DNA of 64,000 bases, from NCBI RefSeq assembly GCF_037042905.1, contig NC_087245.1, forward strand, positions 41,666,001 through 41,730,000. The letters are read 5' to 3'. The notes under the pieces were generated by a model. It ran no database searches and had not been told where the DNA came from. It was given only the letters and a program-made list of their open reading frames with translations. The translations under genes were made by a program, and so were the position numbers. The first letter of the stretch is position 1. Each line of letters begins with the position of its first letter. This document shows, in pieces, positions 1 through 12,326 of this stretch. The DNA comes from Lytechinus pictus (Eukaryota).

Positions 1-312
1 TTCACTGTATGCACTTCTCAAGCATGAGTAAACCCAGGCTTGACCTTGTTTTCTCCTTATTCTCTGGAGCTCTCACCAAATTTCTTCTACATTCAATCGA
101 GTAGATGTGTGGGCTATCGGTTATCAATTTTGAGTTTTATATCATTATAACCAAAAAAAATTACGATTATTAATTCATCAAATGAAAAATCTTATATAAA
201 GAAAATTAACCATACAGCCTTGTGATGTATGATTATGATGCGTCAACTCCATGCAAGACGGGACCTTTGTTTGTACACATTACATCTTGTATTCCGATCT
301 CTTCCCTTACAG

Positions 313-2620
313 ATGTTTCCATTGGTGATCAACAACCTGAGAAAGTAGAGAGAAAGGGCCTTAAACTGTCCACCAACAAACAAAAGAAGAAGGTTCGTTA
401 CCAGAAGCTTCCTGATGAGGAGAAGAAGAGTCCAGTTCTACTTATTACAGGTGGGAGAATGAACCAAGACCCCGAAGCAGACCATCCAATACTTGAAGAG
501 GAGGAGAGAGGAAGGTGTCCTCAAACTGCCAATCGTCAACCATCAAAAGGGGACTCGCCACCTGATCGATGGATTGGTAGTGTCTTTGTTGCAGAAACAG
601 TCCCACTTGACGTAGAAAGTGACAGTGATGATGGTGAGGATACAGAGGAAGGGAATGGAGTCCTCAAGAAGGGTCAATGCAGGGAAGTTGGTGAAGGTGG
701 CGGAGGGTACAGGATGTCCAGGAATCTCCGAAAGCACCGTAGACACAGATATGCCATAGACCAACATGTGGTTATCCCTGAGACAGTACCAATGGACTGT
801 GTCTCATACTCTCCTTCTGGCGATTCTCTGCCTGAAGACGTGCTGATGGGTGATGGAAGGGAACATCTCTTACCGCTTGAACAATCCACACCCATGCTTC
901 CAACTCTGCCAAGTGATTCCTCAAGGAGAAGAGCAATCAACTCAAGGAGTTCAGCATCTCCTGTTTGTTGGGATGGGAAGAGCAGTAAGAAAAGCAAGAT
1001 TCCACCAACAGAGTCGCAGCTTTCTGTTGACTTTTCCACCACACAGATGTCCCCAACTTTTGATGGAAGCAGGTCTACTCCTGATAAGAAGGAAAGTGAT
1101 GTCCATTCCAGATCAAAGCAACAGTTTCATCCAAAGAAAACGGTTGCAAGCAACAAAATTTCAATAGGTAACATTCCCATGACTCCAGAAAACTTTCATT
1201 CCAATGGCAAAGTGAAAACATCCGGGGCAAAAACTCCTGGTTTGGCTACCCCAGAGGATGCCGATCATGCAAAAAGTAGCCATATAGTTACCCCAGACTA
1301 TGATGAAAGTGGACAATCAGAGGCCTCCTTTCTGATTCTGCAACAGCCTCCGAGTTTGCGGGGATCATCACAAGTAAGATCATCAGGAGGGCTACTAATA
1401 GAGGATGTTGTTCAGCCTATAATTCAGAGGAAATCTCCCACAGATAGTGACGCTGAACAGAGGAAAAAAAGAAAACTGTCTGATGAATGCATGAATGAAA
1501 TAGCAAGCAAGAAGACAAAGACAATAAGACTAGATCTTCCTTCTGGTAGTAGTAAGAGAGACGAATATAAGTTCAGCAATAGAGGTGGAAGAGAGGAAAA
1601 ATGCAGTGCCAAGTCAGAAAGTTCAGAACCTTCGGAAAAGTGGTCTAGCGCAGAAGCCCCTGTGCGTAAATCACATCACTCTGAAGAGACAAGGTCATCT
1701 CAGGTAACCAGAGATCATTCCATTTCATTGAAACAGACAACGTTGACAAAGGACTCATTCAAAGCAGTTATCACTGAAGACGGTCAGAGACTCAAGAAAC
1801 TCAACGGTGGGGCGCGTGTGTATGTTGATTCTCAGAATGATCCCTATATGCAACAAGCGATTCAGGAATCTATCGAAGTCCAGAAAGAACTCAACCACAC
1901 TGAGAGTACAGGGAGTTTTGATTTCAAGGTGCCAAAACCGCCAAAGGCACAGGAGTGTGATCATAATTTAAAAGGAACCTCTTCTGGGGCTTCTAGTAGG
2001 CGACACCATCAAGAGGATGCTGATATTGTTGTATTAGTAGAGGAAAGAGAAGATGCTTCTTCTGCAGGAAGAGACAACCCTGATGATGACTATGGTGAAG
2101 ATCTGAATGGAAGCATTGATCCAGCTGTCCGATTTAGTTTTATTGGCAGTGAAACAGATGTGGACCCTGGTGATGAAGAAATGGAGCCAATTGAAGCAAG
2201 AAGAGCAGATGCTTCTCGAAACCTTAGGAAACCTCTTGACATCTCAAAGGCAGCTCAACATAGAGACAGAACTAATCTGCATCAGGAATACTATGACAAT
2301 GTGGAAGGAGGCAGATCGAATAACAAACACAAACTCCTTGTGGAAGACAGCTTTGATGATATGTTTGCAGATGATGATCATGACAGCAGCAATGACGACG
2401 ATGACCTTCATGGCAGTCACAGAGCTTACGACAGACAGGATCAAGATATTGAGGTTGTGGAAGACAATGGTCCTGCAGCAGGCGACATCAATGAGACACC
2501 TGTCCAAAGAAGGACTGGATGTGAAGATGGCTCTCTACCTGATCCTGGTCTTGATCCTGGGATCAGACAGCGAGAGGAGACTGATGAGATGGTGTCCTCT
2601 TTTGCGAGAGAGTTTGACTG
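313..2620 (+). CDS. RBBP8: CtIP/RBBP8 large internal coding exon (2308 nt, low-complexity middle region); upstream exons lie outside the window
   Basis: Open frame across the exon. Acceptor cttcccttacag|A at 312/313, donor TG|gtaaga at 2620/2621 (phase 2) joins in frame to exon 4828. Contains SPTF and PLDIS motifs resembling vertebrate CtIP motifs. Confidence 0.85.
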
Positions 2621-3234
2621 GTAAGAAAAAAACAACTTCAGAAATCTCTTGTAGGCCTATTATAGGGAATATCGTTCTGCACTTTGTCAAAGGTCTGTGC
2701 TGATACAGGAATCCCAATATAAATGTGCTATGTATCTTTATAGCAGCTTTCTTGCATTCTATTGTGCTGCCTATGATGAATTATGAAAGTTTTTCATGAA
2801 AAGCTGCTTGCAGATTTCTTGGCTCTGACTTTTGACTTGTTGTCTATACCAGCTGGGATAGTGCTCCTTTCTGTTGTATATTGAACGGTGCATTCCTCAT
2901 ACCATTTATTCTTCCGTTTGTAGAATTAAAAGAAAAGAAGAAAAATATACTAATTCAAAACTTCGAATTCATCCAATCCTAGGATAGAACCTTTAGAAAT
3001 TACATCAATTTGATACAAAATGAAAAATTTCATATATCATTGTTTAAAAGCAGAACAAATTTTGGGGAAGTACTAAAATTAACTACAATTTTTCAAGACC
3101 ATACCAGATCTACATTCTGAAAAAAAAAAGTACACTAAACCATACAAATTTTGATAGTATGAAGGTCAGGAATTATTGTGAGATGAGAAAAGTTTTTTTG
3201 AGTTAAAACACACCTAATGTATTTATTCCTTTTG

Positions 3235-3381
3235 TTTATTCATTTATTTATTTATTTATTTATTTATTAATTAATTAATTCATTCATTCATTCATTCAAT
3301 CATTAATTAATTAATTAATTCATTCATTCATTTATTTATTCATTTATTTATTTATTTATGTATTTATGCATTTATTTATTT
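3235..3381. repeat. Compound (TTTA)n/(TTAA)n/(TTCA)n microsatellite
   Basis: Seen directly. Confidence 0.9.
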
Positions 3382-3954
3382 CGGGGCAGGGGGTGGAAGC
3401 TGCAGATAGATTTCTTTGGTCCAGTTCAGTCACTCTGTCCATAAACCTGACAAATAGGTAATGATAATCAATGGCTGTTATTATGTTATACGCTTTATTG
3501 TATGAATAATTATCATTGTAACATATTCAACATACACAGTAGGACTTGTGTAGTATGTCAATGTACATATATATGTTTACATGAAATAAAATAATGTTTA
3601 AACTTCTAACAACCTTACTGTCTTTTATGGTGAGCTTTCATCCACTCCTGCAGACTTTCTCAAGCCAAGAGAACTTACGACTACCATAACATAGGATCTT
3701 TTCTTGTTTAATTATTCACTTTTTTTAGTCAACATGTAAAATAGACAAATCTATTAAATTAAATGGGAATCCAACCCAAATAAAAACTTGTTTTTAGAGG
3801 AAAAATCAGACAAGTTGATAGGTGAAAGTTGAATAATATTGGACAAACTATAAAAAAAAATTGTAAATATTGGTAATAACTACCCATGGAGGCATTTGTG
3901 ATGTCAAAGTGATGTAAGGCATGGACTTCTTTTCCATAGATGGCTAAAATGTCA

Positions 3955-4445
3955 TTTTTGTCTCAGGTCCTGCATGAGCGCCGCTTTTCCGACGGCGGCG
4001 GCGTCAACATCGAATCTTAACCGAAGGTTAAGTTTTTTTAAATGATAGCATAACTTAAAAAGTATATGGACCTAGTTCATGAAACTTGGACATAAGGGTA
4101 GTCAAATATCACTGAACATCCTGCATGAGTTTCAGGTCACATGACCAAGGTCAAAGGTCATTTATGGTCAATGAACTTTGGCCATTTTGGGGGTAATTAT
4201 TGAATTGCTGTTCTAAATTTCAAAGTTTGTGGATATAGTTCATGAATTGTGGACATAGGGGTAATCAAGTCTTAGGTCACATGATCAAGGTCAGATGTCA
4301 TTTAGGGTCAATGAACATAGTATTGTTTCAATATATGAATAGTGTTTTTTATGAATAATTATTTTATAGTAGTTTTCAAAGTCAGCACTGCTACTATATT
4401 GAATCGCGTAATGCAGGTGAGACTGCCAGAGGTGCTCCACTTGTT
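3955..4445 (+). mobile_element. Helentron/HINE-like non-autonomous element, short copy with about 2 internal repeat units
   Basis: Starts tttttgtctca, then a (GGC)n seed and AGGTCACATGACCAAGGTCAAAGGTCA units; ends gcaggtgagac...ccacttgttt. Homologous to 17210-18529. Confidence 0.6.
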
Positions 4446-4827
4446 TCAAAAGTTTTTCTTCAAATTATAATTTTTCTTTTGTGTGAACATAAAACAATAT
4501 ACCTGGGTTTCATTATTGCCCCAGGAGAATGGGTACTTACGAGAAAACTACAAATCCCTGATAACATGGCCTATGCTATGGTAAAGTTGTCCTTGCGACC
4601 TTGCCCCTTGTCATAATTTACTTACCCAGTTGCCAATTTGAAATCTACTTAGTCTTAGGGATCTCAATGTTAAAGCAGCCGTAACTTTCTTATTGCTTGT
4701 CCAATTTCTTTCAAACTTTCACCATACTGTTTTCTTTATTTTTCTCCTTCCAACACAACATTTTATGGCCATGGCTCAATAATATTCTTTTTGAAATCTG
4801 AAATGATGGTGATATCGATTTCTCCAG

Positions 4828-4933
4828 TCCTCCACAGAAAGATGATATTCCAGCTTACAAATTCAAGGATGTCGTAAGGAAGAGAGATGAGAGACAGAAG
4901 CTGAAAGGATATGGATGTCAGGAATGCCTTGAG
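4828..4933 (+). CDS. RBBP8: CtIP/RBBP8 exon, start of the C-terminal Sae2/CtIP domain: (C)PPQKDDIPAYKFKDVVRKRDERQKLKGYGCQECLE
   Basis: Acceptor ttctccag|T, donor GAG|gtgtgt. VVRKRDERQKLKGYGCQEC matches human CtIP VVRKKEERRKLLGHTCKEC (recalled), including CxxC. Confidence 0.93.
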
Positions 4934-4952
4934 GTGTGTACCGTATCATTAA

Positions 4953-5716
4953 CCTTAACTTACCGGGGGGGGGCTTTTAGCCCCCCTTCGAAATATCCGT
5001 TGCGTGAAATTCTTTGACCGCGCAGCTCGCTGACTTTTTACCTTCAAGTCTCGTGCAACTTTCGAGACCAAATTTGTGATGCCTAGCGGTTACGAAATTG
5101 CGCAACATTATTTAAAGGGCATGTCAGACCAAAATTGCTCAAAAATGTATATATCATGTAGGCCTACAAAGTCAATACAAAATCTGTTTCATCTAAAATT
5201 CATAAATGAGTGATAATTTTCACTTTCATTGAGAACAGTCATTTGATGTGATGCTATTTATGACTGAAGTAATGTCCCCGATGAATTTTCTATTAAAAAA
5301 AAAAGAAAAAGCAATAAAAATAAAAAGATGTAAAAACAGGGAAATACATAAGAAATTTAACAAACAATCAAATACATAAGAAATTGATTTTGGTAGCAGA
5401 TTTTTTTCATTTGCAGTTGTTGGGAATGCCACAAAGAATATTTTCACAAAAAATTAGCTTTCTAGGATTTTTATTTAGTGAATTAGAGCAAAAAGTATGA
5501 TTTCATGAGTAAATTAGCATAATTCATATATATTTAAAAAAGTATATGAATTTTATGCAATTTACCTATGCAATGGTGTAGATTATGTCATTCTCTACCG
5601 TTTTCATACAATTTTCATCGCAATCGTGTGATCTGTGGCCAAGATCTTAAGGGGGGCCTAAAAGGCCATCCCCCCAGGACTTTAAAAGCTCACAAAATAG
5701 CCAAGGTAAGTTAGGG
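4953..5716. mobile_element. piggyBac-like non-autonomous DNA transposon
   Basis: TIR ccttaacttacc / ggtaagttaggg (1 mismatch), flanked by TTAA (4949-4952) and ATAA. Confidence 0.6.
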
Positions 5717-6489
5717 ATAATAGGAGCCAATCCTGGGGAGTGCTTTAGACTGTTAGTCATCCAGGTTATAAATCTGGTTAAGTCACGGGGGATGGCCAGA
5801 TTCACTATTACCACCTTCCTCCACTTAATGCTATTCGTTGCATCCACCTCCCTCCACCCAACCCTCATAAAGATTTAATTAAGTCTGACCGAAAAAACAC
5901 TCCTCAAGTCCAGTTGCCTGTTTTGATTAAAGCCCAGCGTACACTATTGAGATGCGATTGCACTAAGATCCGATGGCAACAAGTTGCCAATCACATCTCG
6001 GTGCAATCTCATCGCAGGCCAGCGCACACATTGCCACAGCTCTGCAACACGCTGCATCTCGATCCATGACACCACCTCTTTACGCACACATGTCGTCTGC
6101 GCTGCAGGAGCATTAGCAAATTGGTCTTGATGTACTAGTCAGGACAAATCTGATTGGTTGTACTCGTAATCGTCAAAATCGCCGAAGAATTGTATTCAGA
6201 TTTGACATGTCAAATGTCTTCGGTCTGCAAATCTTCTGCGACGAATCAGATGGCATTTGCAGCGCAGTGCAAGTTGGCACCCCTCTGCGATTTTGTTTCT
6301 ATCGGATCTTAGTGTTTTTTTTTTTTTTTAGATGTTTTATTGTTTTTCTCTCAAATTAAATTCATACAATACAGTTCACAAAGTAACAATTGTAAAGAAT
6401 AATTCGAACAAATTACTTAAACTCTTATACATTATGCACACCATGTAATATTATTCAAAGTCACTGTATCGTACCAGATGAGGTGTGAC

Positions 6490-6966
6490 CAGACCTGCCA
6501 ACCAGTACGATTTAGCTGTATTTAGTACGTTTTTGCAACCAAAATACGGCAGTACGTTTTTTCTTTAAAAAATATGTTTTTTTTTTTTTTTACAAAATCG
6601 TAATTTATTGAGAAAAATCATCTCTATATGTCTCTATTTCGTAAAATGTACACAAATATGGTTATTAGATCAATGTAATTTCAGGTAACTTGTTTTTTTT
6701 TCAATCATTTTGTAAAAACCAGGGTGAGATATACACAAGTTTCAATGTTTTTTTTTTCATCTGCAAGAGCAGTGCGCATTTTAGCTTGCATGCAGCTTGA
6801 GCGCCGTGATGGGTGATTGCGCCAAGCATTTTATTATGAAATGCACTTTTTTGGGGAAAAATACAAAATATTTATCTCACATGGTAAAAATACTGATTTT
6901 TTTGTCAAAATACTGATTTTAGGGAATAAGAATACTGAAAATGCAAAATACAACTTGGCAGCTCTG
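6490..6966. mobile_element. MITE with CAG termini and 6-bp TSD (hAT-like)
   Basis: TIR cagacctgccaa / ttggcagctctg. TGTGAC directly flanks both ends (6484-6489, 6967-6972). Second, partial copy at 8477-8800. Confidence 0.65.
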
Positions 6967-8476
6967 TGTGACTCACAAATATCAGAGAAAAACTTATAAA
7001 AGTATATGTGATTTAATTGCATGATCGCTCTGATCATGGGATGTGCTTTCTAACTGTGTATTAATCTATGAGATGGTGTATTACATATCGTGCTTGTTGG
7101 CACTTCAAACATGACATTAATATCTCTATAGATTGAACTATTTGTGAAACATCTGGTAATATAATGATGTGTATAGAAATCAGAAAAATAAAGTGGTCAA
7201 AGTTTGAAACAAATCAGACCTGGGTCCCGTAACACAATGGTAAGCGATTGATTGTACATTGTTGTCATTGGAATCAATCGTAGAAAAATGTTCTAAGATC
7301 ATTGCTAAGCTTTTTGTTATGGGCCCCAGGAATTATGTGATGGCTGTTTGAAAACAAAAATGAGATCACTATGGAGACTACTTGAATATCAAATTGGCAA
7401 TTTGGTGAGTAGATATTAACCAGTGGTAAGGACAACTCTCCCATTTGTAATTAATTATTAGATATTTATGGATTTCTCCCAAGTATCTTTTCTTGAGATG
7501 GTAATAGAAATTTGACATACATGTCTGTATGTCTTCTTAAATGGAATAACGTAGTTTGAATAAATTTTTGGAAAAGAATGCATGTAATTTTGTGTATTGG
7601 AGCAACGGAACAAAGTTGTTTCTATTCTGCTCACAGGTATGTTGTTTATGCAGCATATATTGATTAGCGGTGGTGATTAGATCATTTTAACTTTAAAAAA
7701 AAATCTTCATTGTTTGCCTCATTTTGTTTAAACTTTCACTTATCTGCTTCTCTGACATTTCTTTTGAGTGAACTGTTCCATTGACTCAGATTTTCTGTGA
7801 GAGGCTCATTCAAACTTGTATAGTCCAGGCCCGGTTGCATAAACTTACCATTATGGTATTACTTTGCCATCCAATGGTAACTTGCATGGAATCCTTAATT
7901 CTGATTGGCTGTTATCATGGTAGTTACCATTGGATGGCAAAGTTAAACTTTCGTGCAACCGGATGGGGAGTACTGTATGAGCGCAGATTCGGGACCGCGT
8001 CATATGATGTCACGATTGCGGCAGACCGGAAATACATGTTCATGTTATCCGGTGGTCGATCGACGCGCATGTTTCCGGATGGACGCTCATTCTATGATAA
8101 AATGATAGAATATTGAATCGACCCATACAGCGTGCTAGCTAATTTATCATTGATTTGTCATAATTTTGACAAAATTTGATTTGTTTGAAGAAAGAGTACG
8201 CAAAACATTGAATTTTCTTCTCAATGTATTAATTTAATTAAACAAGGATATAAATGTACGAATGCACTGTTTGTTCGAACGGACCATGTACACACAGTAC
8301 GGGCCTTGCCAAAACATCAAACATACCCTGAGACCTAACCCTTGCTCCCAGCTCCTACATGTAGCTCAAGCAAATACCTTATCAGTAAGACCATGGAATT
8401 TGCTCTGTATATGTTCAGCAAAACAAGAAGTATCTCAGTTAGAGACCTTGAATTTCAGTGATCTTCAAGACTGCTG

Positions 8477-8800
8477 CAGAGCTGCCAACCAGTACGATTT
8501 TGGCGTATACTAAATCGTAATTTAAGAAAAATCATCTCTATATATCTCTATTTCATAAAACTTACACAAATATGGTTATTGGATCAATGTTATTTCTGGT
8601 AACTTGATTTTTTTTTCAATCGTTTTGTTAAAACCAGGGTGAGACATACACGTTTTTCAATTTTTTTTTTTTCATCTGCAAGAGCAGTGCGCATTTTAGC
8701 TTGAATGCACCTTGAGCGCCGCGGTGAGCGCACGTGCCACTCATTTTATTACGAAATACATTTTTTTGGGGAAAATACAGTTTTTTATTACTGAATACAA
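8477..8800. mobile_element. Partial second copy of the 6490-6966 MITE
   Basis: Begins cagagctgccaaccagtacgattt and follows 6490-6870 closely; the right TIR is missing. Confidence 0.65.
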
Positions 8801-9704
8801 TTTTTCATTGAACGAATTTGAACGTCATCAGAGCCTTGCCGATGAACGCTAAAAGTTTATGCCTTTGACGTTTTTTGCATGGCACCCAGTACAATTGATT
8901 GAAGAAGGCTAATATCATGTTGTGCAGGGCTCACTTTTAGGGTGGTTGCTTTTAATATGAATATTATTAGAGTAATGATTTTCTTGAATTATCAGATGCA
9001 TCTTTCACTTTTCGATGACATCATATTTCATCAAAATTATTATTTATGACTTGATCAAGAACGTGCAGTTTGATCATCACAACTTGAGATGACCTTTTAT
9101 GGAATGTGATGAGAGTTATTTCCTGTTGCTTTTCTCATGTATCTTGGATAAAACAGATAGATATCTATTTCCAGTGTGGGATTTGGTGTCAAGGAATTAG
9201 TAAGTTTTCAGTTGCATGCGTGACATATTTCTGGTTTATATCTACCTGCAACTGTCTCTTGCAAGGTATGACAGTGCAAAGCCATAGAAGATCAAGGATG
9301 TAGCGTGTAAAACAATACCTCTTTCTGTAAGGTAACTAACAAGAACACTGGTACCTCACTCGTCTTGCACCAAACTTACAAATTAACCACCAAGCAATCA
9401 AGCAAAGTCTTACTAACCAGAAATTGATATTGAACCATAAAGTCCAATTCCAGACGGTTTTACTCTCCTTTATTTTTTAACTAAAATTGAAACCCCAAAC
9501 AATCATGAGCGTGTAGACTGTCTCCAGGTTTCAGTACATGCAGTATACCAGTAGATCACTTCCAAACAGAGTACCTTTGATGATAGAAGAAAGAGAATAG
9601 AAAATATTAAAGGAGAATGGAGAAAAGATGGAGGAACATAATTGTGACAATAACAAAAGAAGTTGGTGGTCTGGATGCACAAATACTACTCTACATGTAT
9701 CTTA

Positions 9705-9965
9705 AGAAAGAAGTTAAGAAGAGGAAGAGAGGGAGGAAGAGGGCAGGGGGAGGGTAGGGGAGGAAGAAGATGAGGAGGAGGGGGAAATTTAGGGGGAAGA
9801 GGAGGAGAAGGAGGATGAATAGAAGGAGTAGGATGATGAATAGGAGGGGGAAGAGGAAGAGGAAAAGGGGGAGAGGAGGAAGAAGAGGTGGGGAAGAAGA
9901 AGAGAAGGAGGGGGGAAGCAGGAAGAGGAATAGGAGGATGAAGAGGAAGAAGAAGAAGAAGAGGC
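9705..9965. repeat. Purine-rich (GAG/GAA) low-complexity tract
   Basis: Seen directly. Confidence 0.85.
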
Positions 9966-10948
9966 GGATATAATTGCGACAATCATCGCTGATATGTTTA
10001 CTTTTTAAAAACACCATTGTACAACTCAATGATGTTACTCTGTTCAGAGCAGCCGCAGCATACTTAATAATGCTAGAGACTGTTGCCTAATAATTAAAAA
10101 TAAAAGTTGAATGCATCTAGAAAAAAAAGATAAATCCAAGTCCATGATATGTTTTTTTAATTGTCTGATAATCACGCACATGAATTGTATTCATTTACAT
10201 ATTCGTGTACATTTGTACGAATTCATATTGGATGGAACAGAACCAACATTGGTACACAATTTCAATTGCAGGTCACCTTTCCTCTTATTAAACCCTAAAT
10301 CATCTAGTTTAGCTTTTGGAATTTCTCTTTAAATTCATCCTTTGTGACCTTGATAAAAGTGCAAAGAATAGTGCATTGTTTAAGCTTTACTCTGACCAGT
10401 AATTCAAACCAAAAACAGCAACAAAGATTGGTATTCGATATTTGTTTTATTCTCTCATTGACTTTGGACTTGTAATATGGGACGCTGAGAGTGAAAAGAA
10501 ATATCAGGGTCATCATGAAGAAATATGGTCAGATCATGTTCAAATGACATTTCAGATTATCTCTTTGGAAAGGGCAAGGATGGATAGATAATTCTGTGGA
10601 AATATCGGGTTTTGATTTTCTTCTGCGTTGATAGTATTTTTTTTAAATTGTCATGTAAAAATTGAAATGGCACTTATAATAGAAGAATTATACTCTTTTC
10701 TAATGAAAGTGTCTTACTTTCCCCCTCGTTCATATGGGCCAAATTTTCTGCCAACTTGGTCTATGGAAACACTTGCTGTTCTCACACATGATCTGTTAAC
10801 CCTGGACTAGTGGTAGCTATTCAGGAGTGGCTTTCTCTGATTGGACAACGCTGTGTCCGTTTTGCCTAGGGCATGCATGGAGCACTACTCTTAGCTCGGC
10901 CAGGTTTCTGTTCTCACGAGAACACCATCTGGACCTTTATTCTATTAG

Positions 10949-11555
10949 TTTAAAGTTCTTAAAATTTGTGATATTCACAATTTCCAAATAGCATCTTTTA
11001 TGTATATGTTTGAGCATCAGTTGCTTCCTCCCATATTTACATAATGCTTTAAATTGACTGCAAATGTCCATTCATTTTCAACAAGACAATCCAGTGATTT
11101 ATATTTACCTTTGTTGAATTATGAATCTTCTAGAAAATCTGTAAGATATGCTGGAGTTATTTTATGGAACAAAATAGCTAAAGAAATAAAAAGATGCCCA
11201 TCTCTTGCCTCTTTCAAAAACAGCTATAAAAAATTCCTTATTGATGCCTGTAAATAAATCTGAAAATAAGTTGTAATTGCCTTATTATCCACCCATATAC
11301 TTAAATGTTTACAGTACATTCTCTCTCTCTCTCTCTCCTATGATTATTATGATTATATTAGTGTCTCGGTAGCCCAGCCTTAGAAAGGCAATTGGCCTTT
11401 GCTGGCTCCCTCATATTCTCATTTATTCTCTTGTTAAATGTATTTCTATTCTTTGTATCTTTATTTGTGTAGTGTATTCTTTGATTTGTATGTTATATGT
11501 TTTTAATGAGAATTTGGAATAAATAAATGAAATGGAAAATGAAATGAAATGAAAC
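10949..11555 (+). mobile_element. 5'-truncated LINE (CR1/L2 group): ORF2 C-terminus, 3'UTR and (GAAAT)n tail
   Basis: Translates KVLKICDIHNFQIASFMY...LLPPIFT*...HSFSTRQSSDLYLP...SVRYAGVILWN...CPSLASFKNSYKKFL, with one internal stop. This is the typical tail of CR1/L2-group RT ORFs. Ends aataaataaatgaaatgg..gaaatgaaatgaaa. Confidence 0.75.
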
Positions 11556-12326
11556 GAAAGCTTTTAGCCCCCCCCCCCCTTGTGCCTTAGCACCATAATT
11601 GCCCACCCGACGCAGGTCACAGAGGCCTGTACTATTGGTGGGGTTATTACTTTATAAGGAAACGTTGTGAGAACAGAAACTGGACTCGGGTAACCCCAAA
11701 CTATACATGTAGGTGGGACTAACTTGCCATTTAGGAAGACTAAAACTGAAAATATTTAATTAGTCCAGTATTAAACCGACCATATTCTGTTACGATACAA
11801 ATGTGGTTTATATTGCTTTCATGATTTGTTTTGTGGTGCATAAAAATATTAGGTGACTTTAAGATTTATTCTTTGCCAGAGTTTAATCAGAAGTGAACAT
11901 TTGGCCTATTGCCCCCTGTCCCCCCCCCCACCCATGTGACCCATCCCATTTGGAGATAATTGAGAAGAATTATTGCATGCCCAAAGTGTTTGTTCAAGTT
12001 TGACCGTATATAATTGATAGCAGTATATTATTCTACAGTTGACCATGAAACACAGTGAGACCCCATTCTCATTTAAAGTTATATTTTCAAACTGGTTTAT
12101 TGGAAAACAGTTTAGTGTAATGGGATTGCTTAAAGCTGTCTTTGAAGCGATCTTAAGTGGTCTTCCATACCAGTTTGGAAAACCACCATGCAATGTGGTT
12201 TTCAAGACTGCTTTGTCTTGCTAAACTGGTTTAAGCGTAGGTGAAGACACGACCGTTATCCGGGTAGCAATTTCGCACGGAAGATAAAGAGTTTCTGCAT
12301 GTTTGGCACACTACTCTGTGCACACG

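Noticed and set aside
222..312. N-terminal 30 codons of the 800-aa ORF as a real start
   Set aside because: They run through a pyrimidine tract and AG acceptor at 311-312, and the CtIP N-terminal coiled coil is missing, so this is intron read-through.
4835..4837. Alternative acceptor ccacag|AAA
   Set aside because: Phase 0, incompatible with the phase-2 donor at 2620.
9686..10029. Arg-rich (protamine-like) and Pro/Ser-rich ORFs
   Set aside because: Translations of a purine-rich low-complexity tract inside a CtIP intron.
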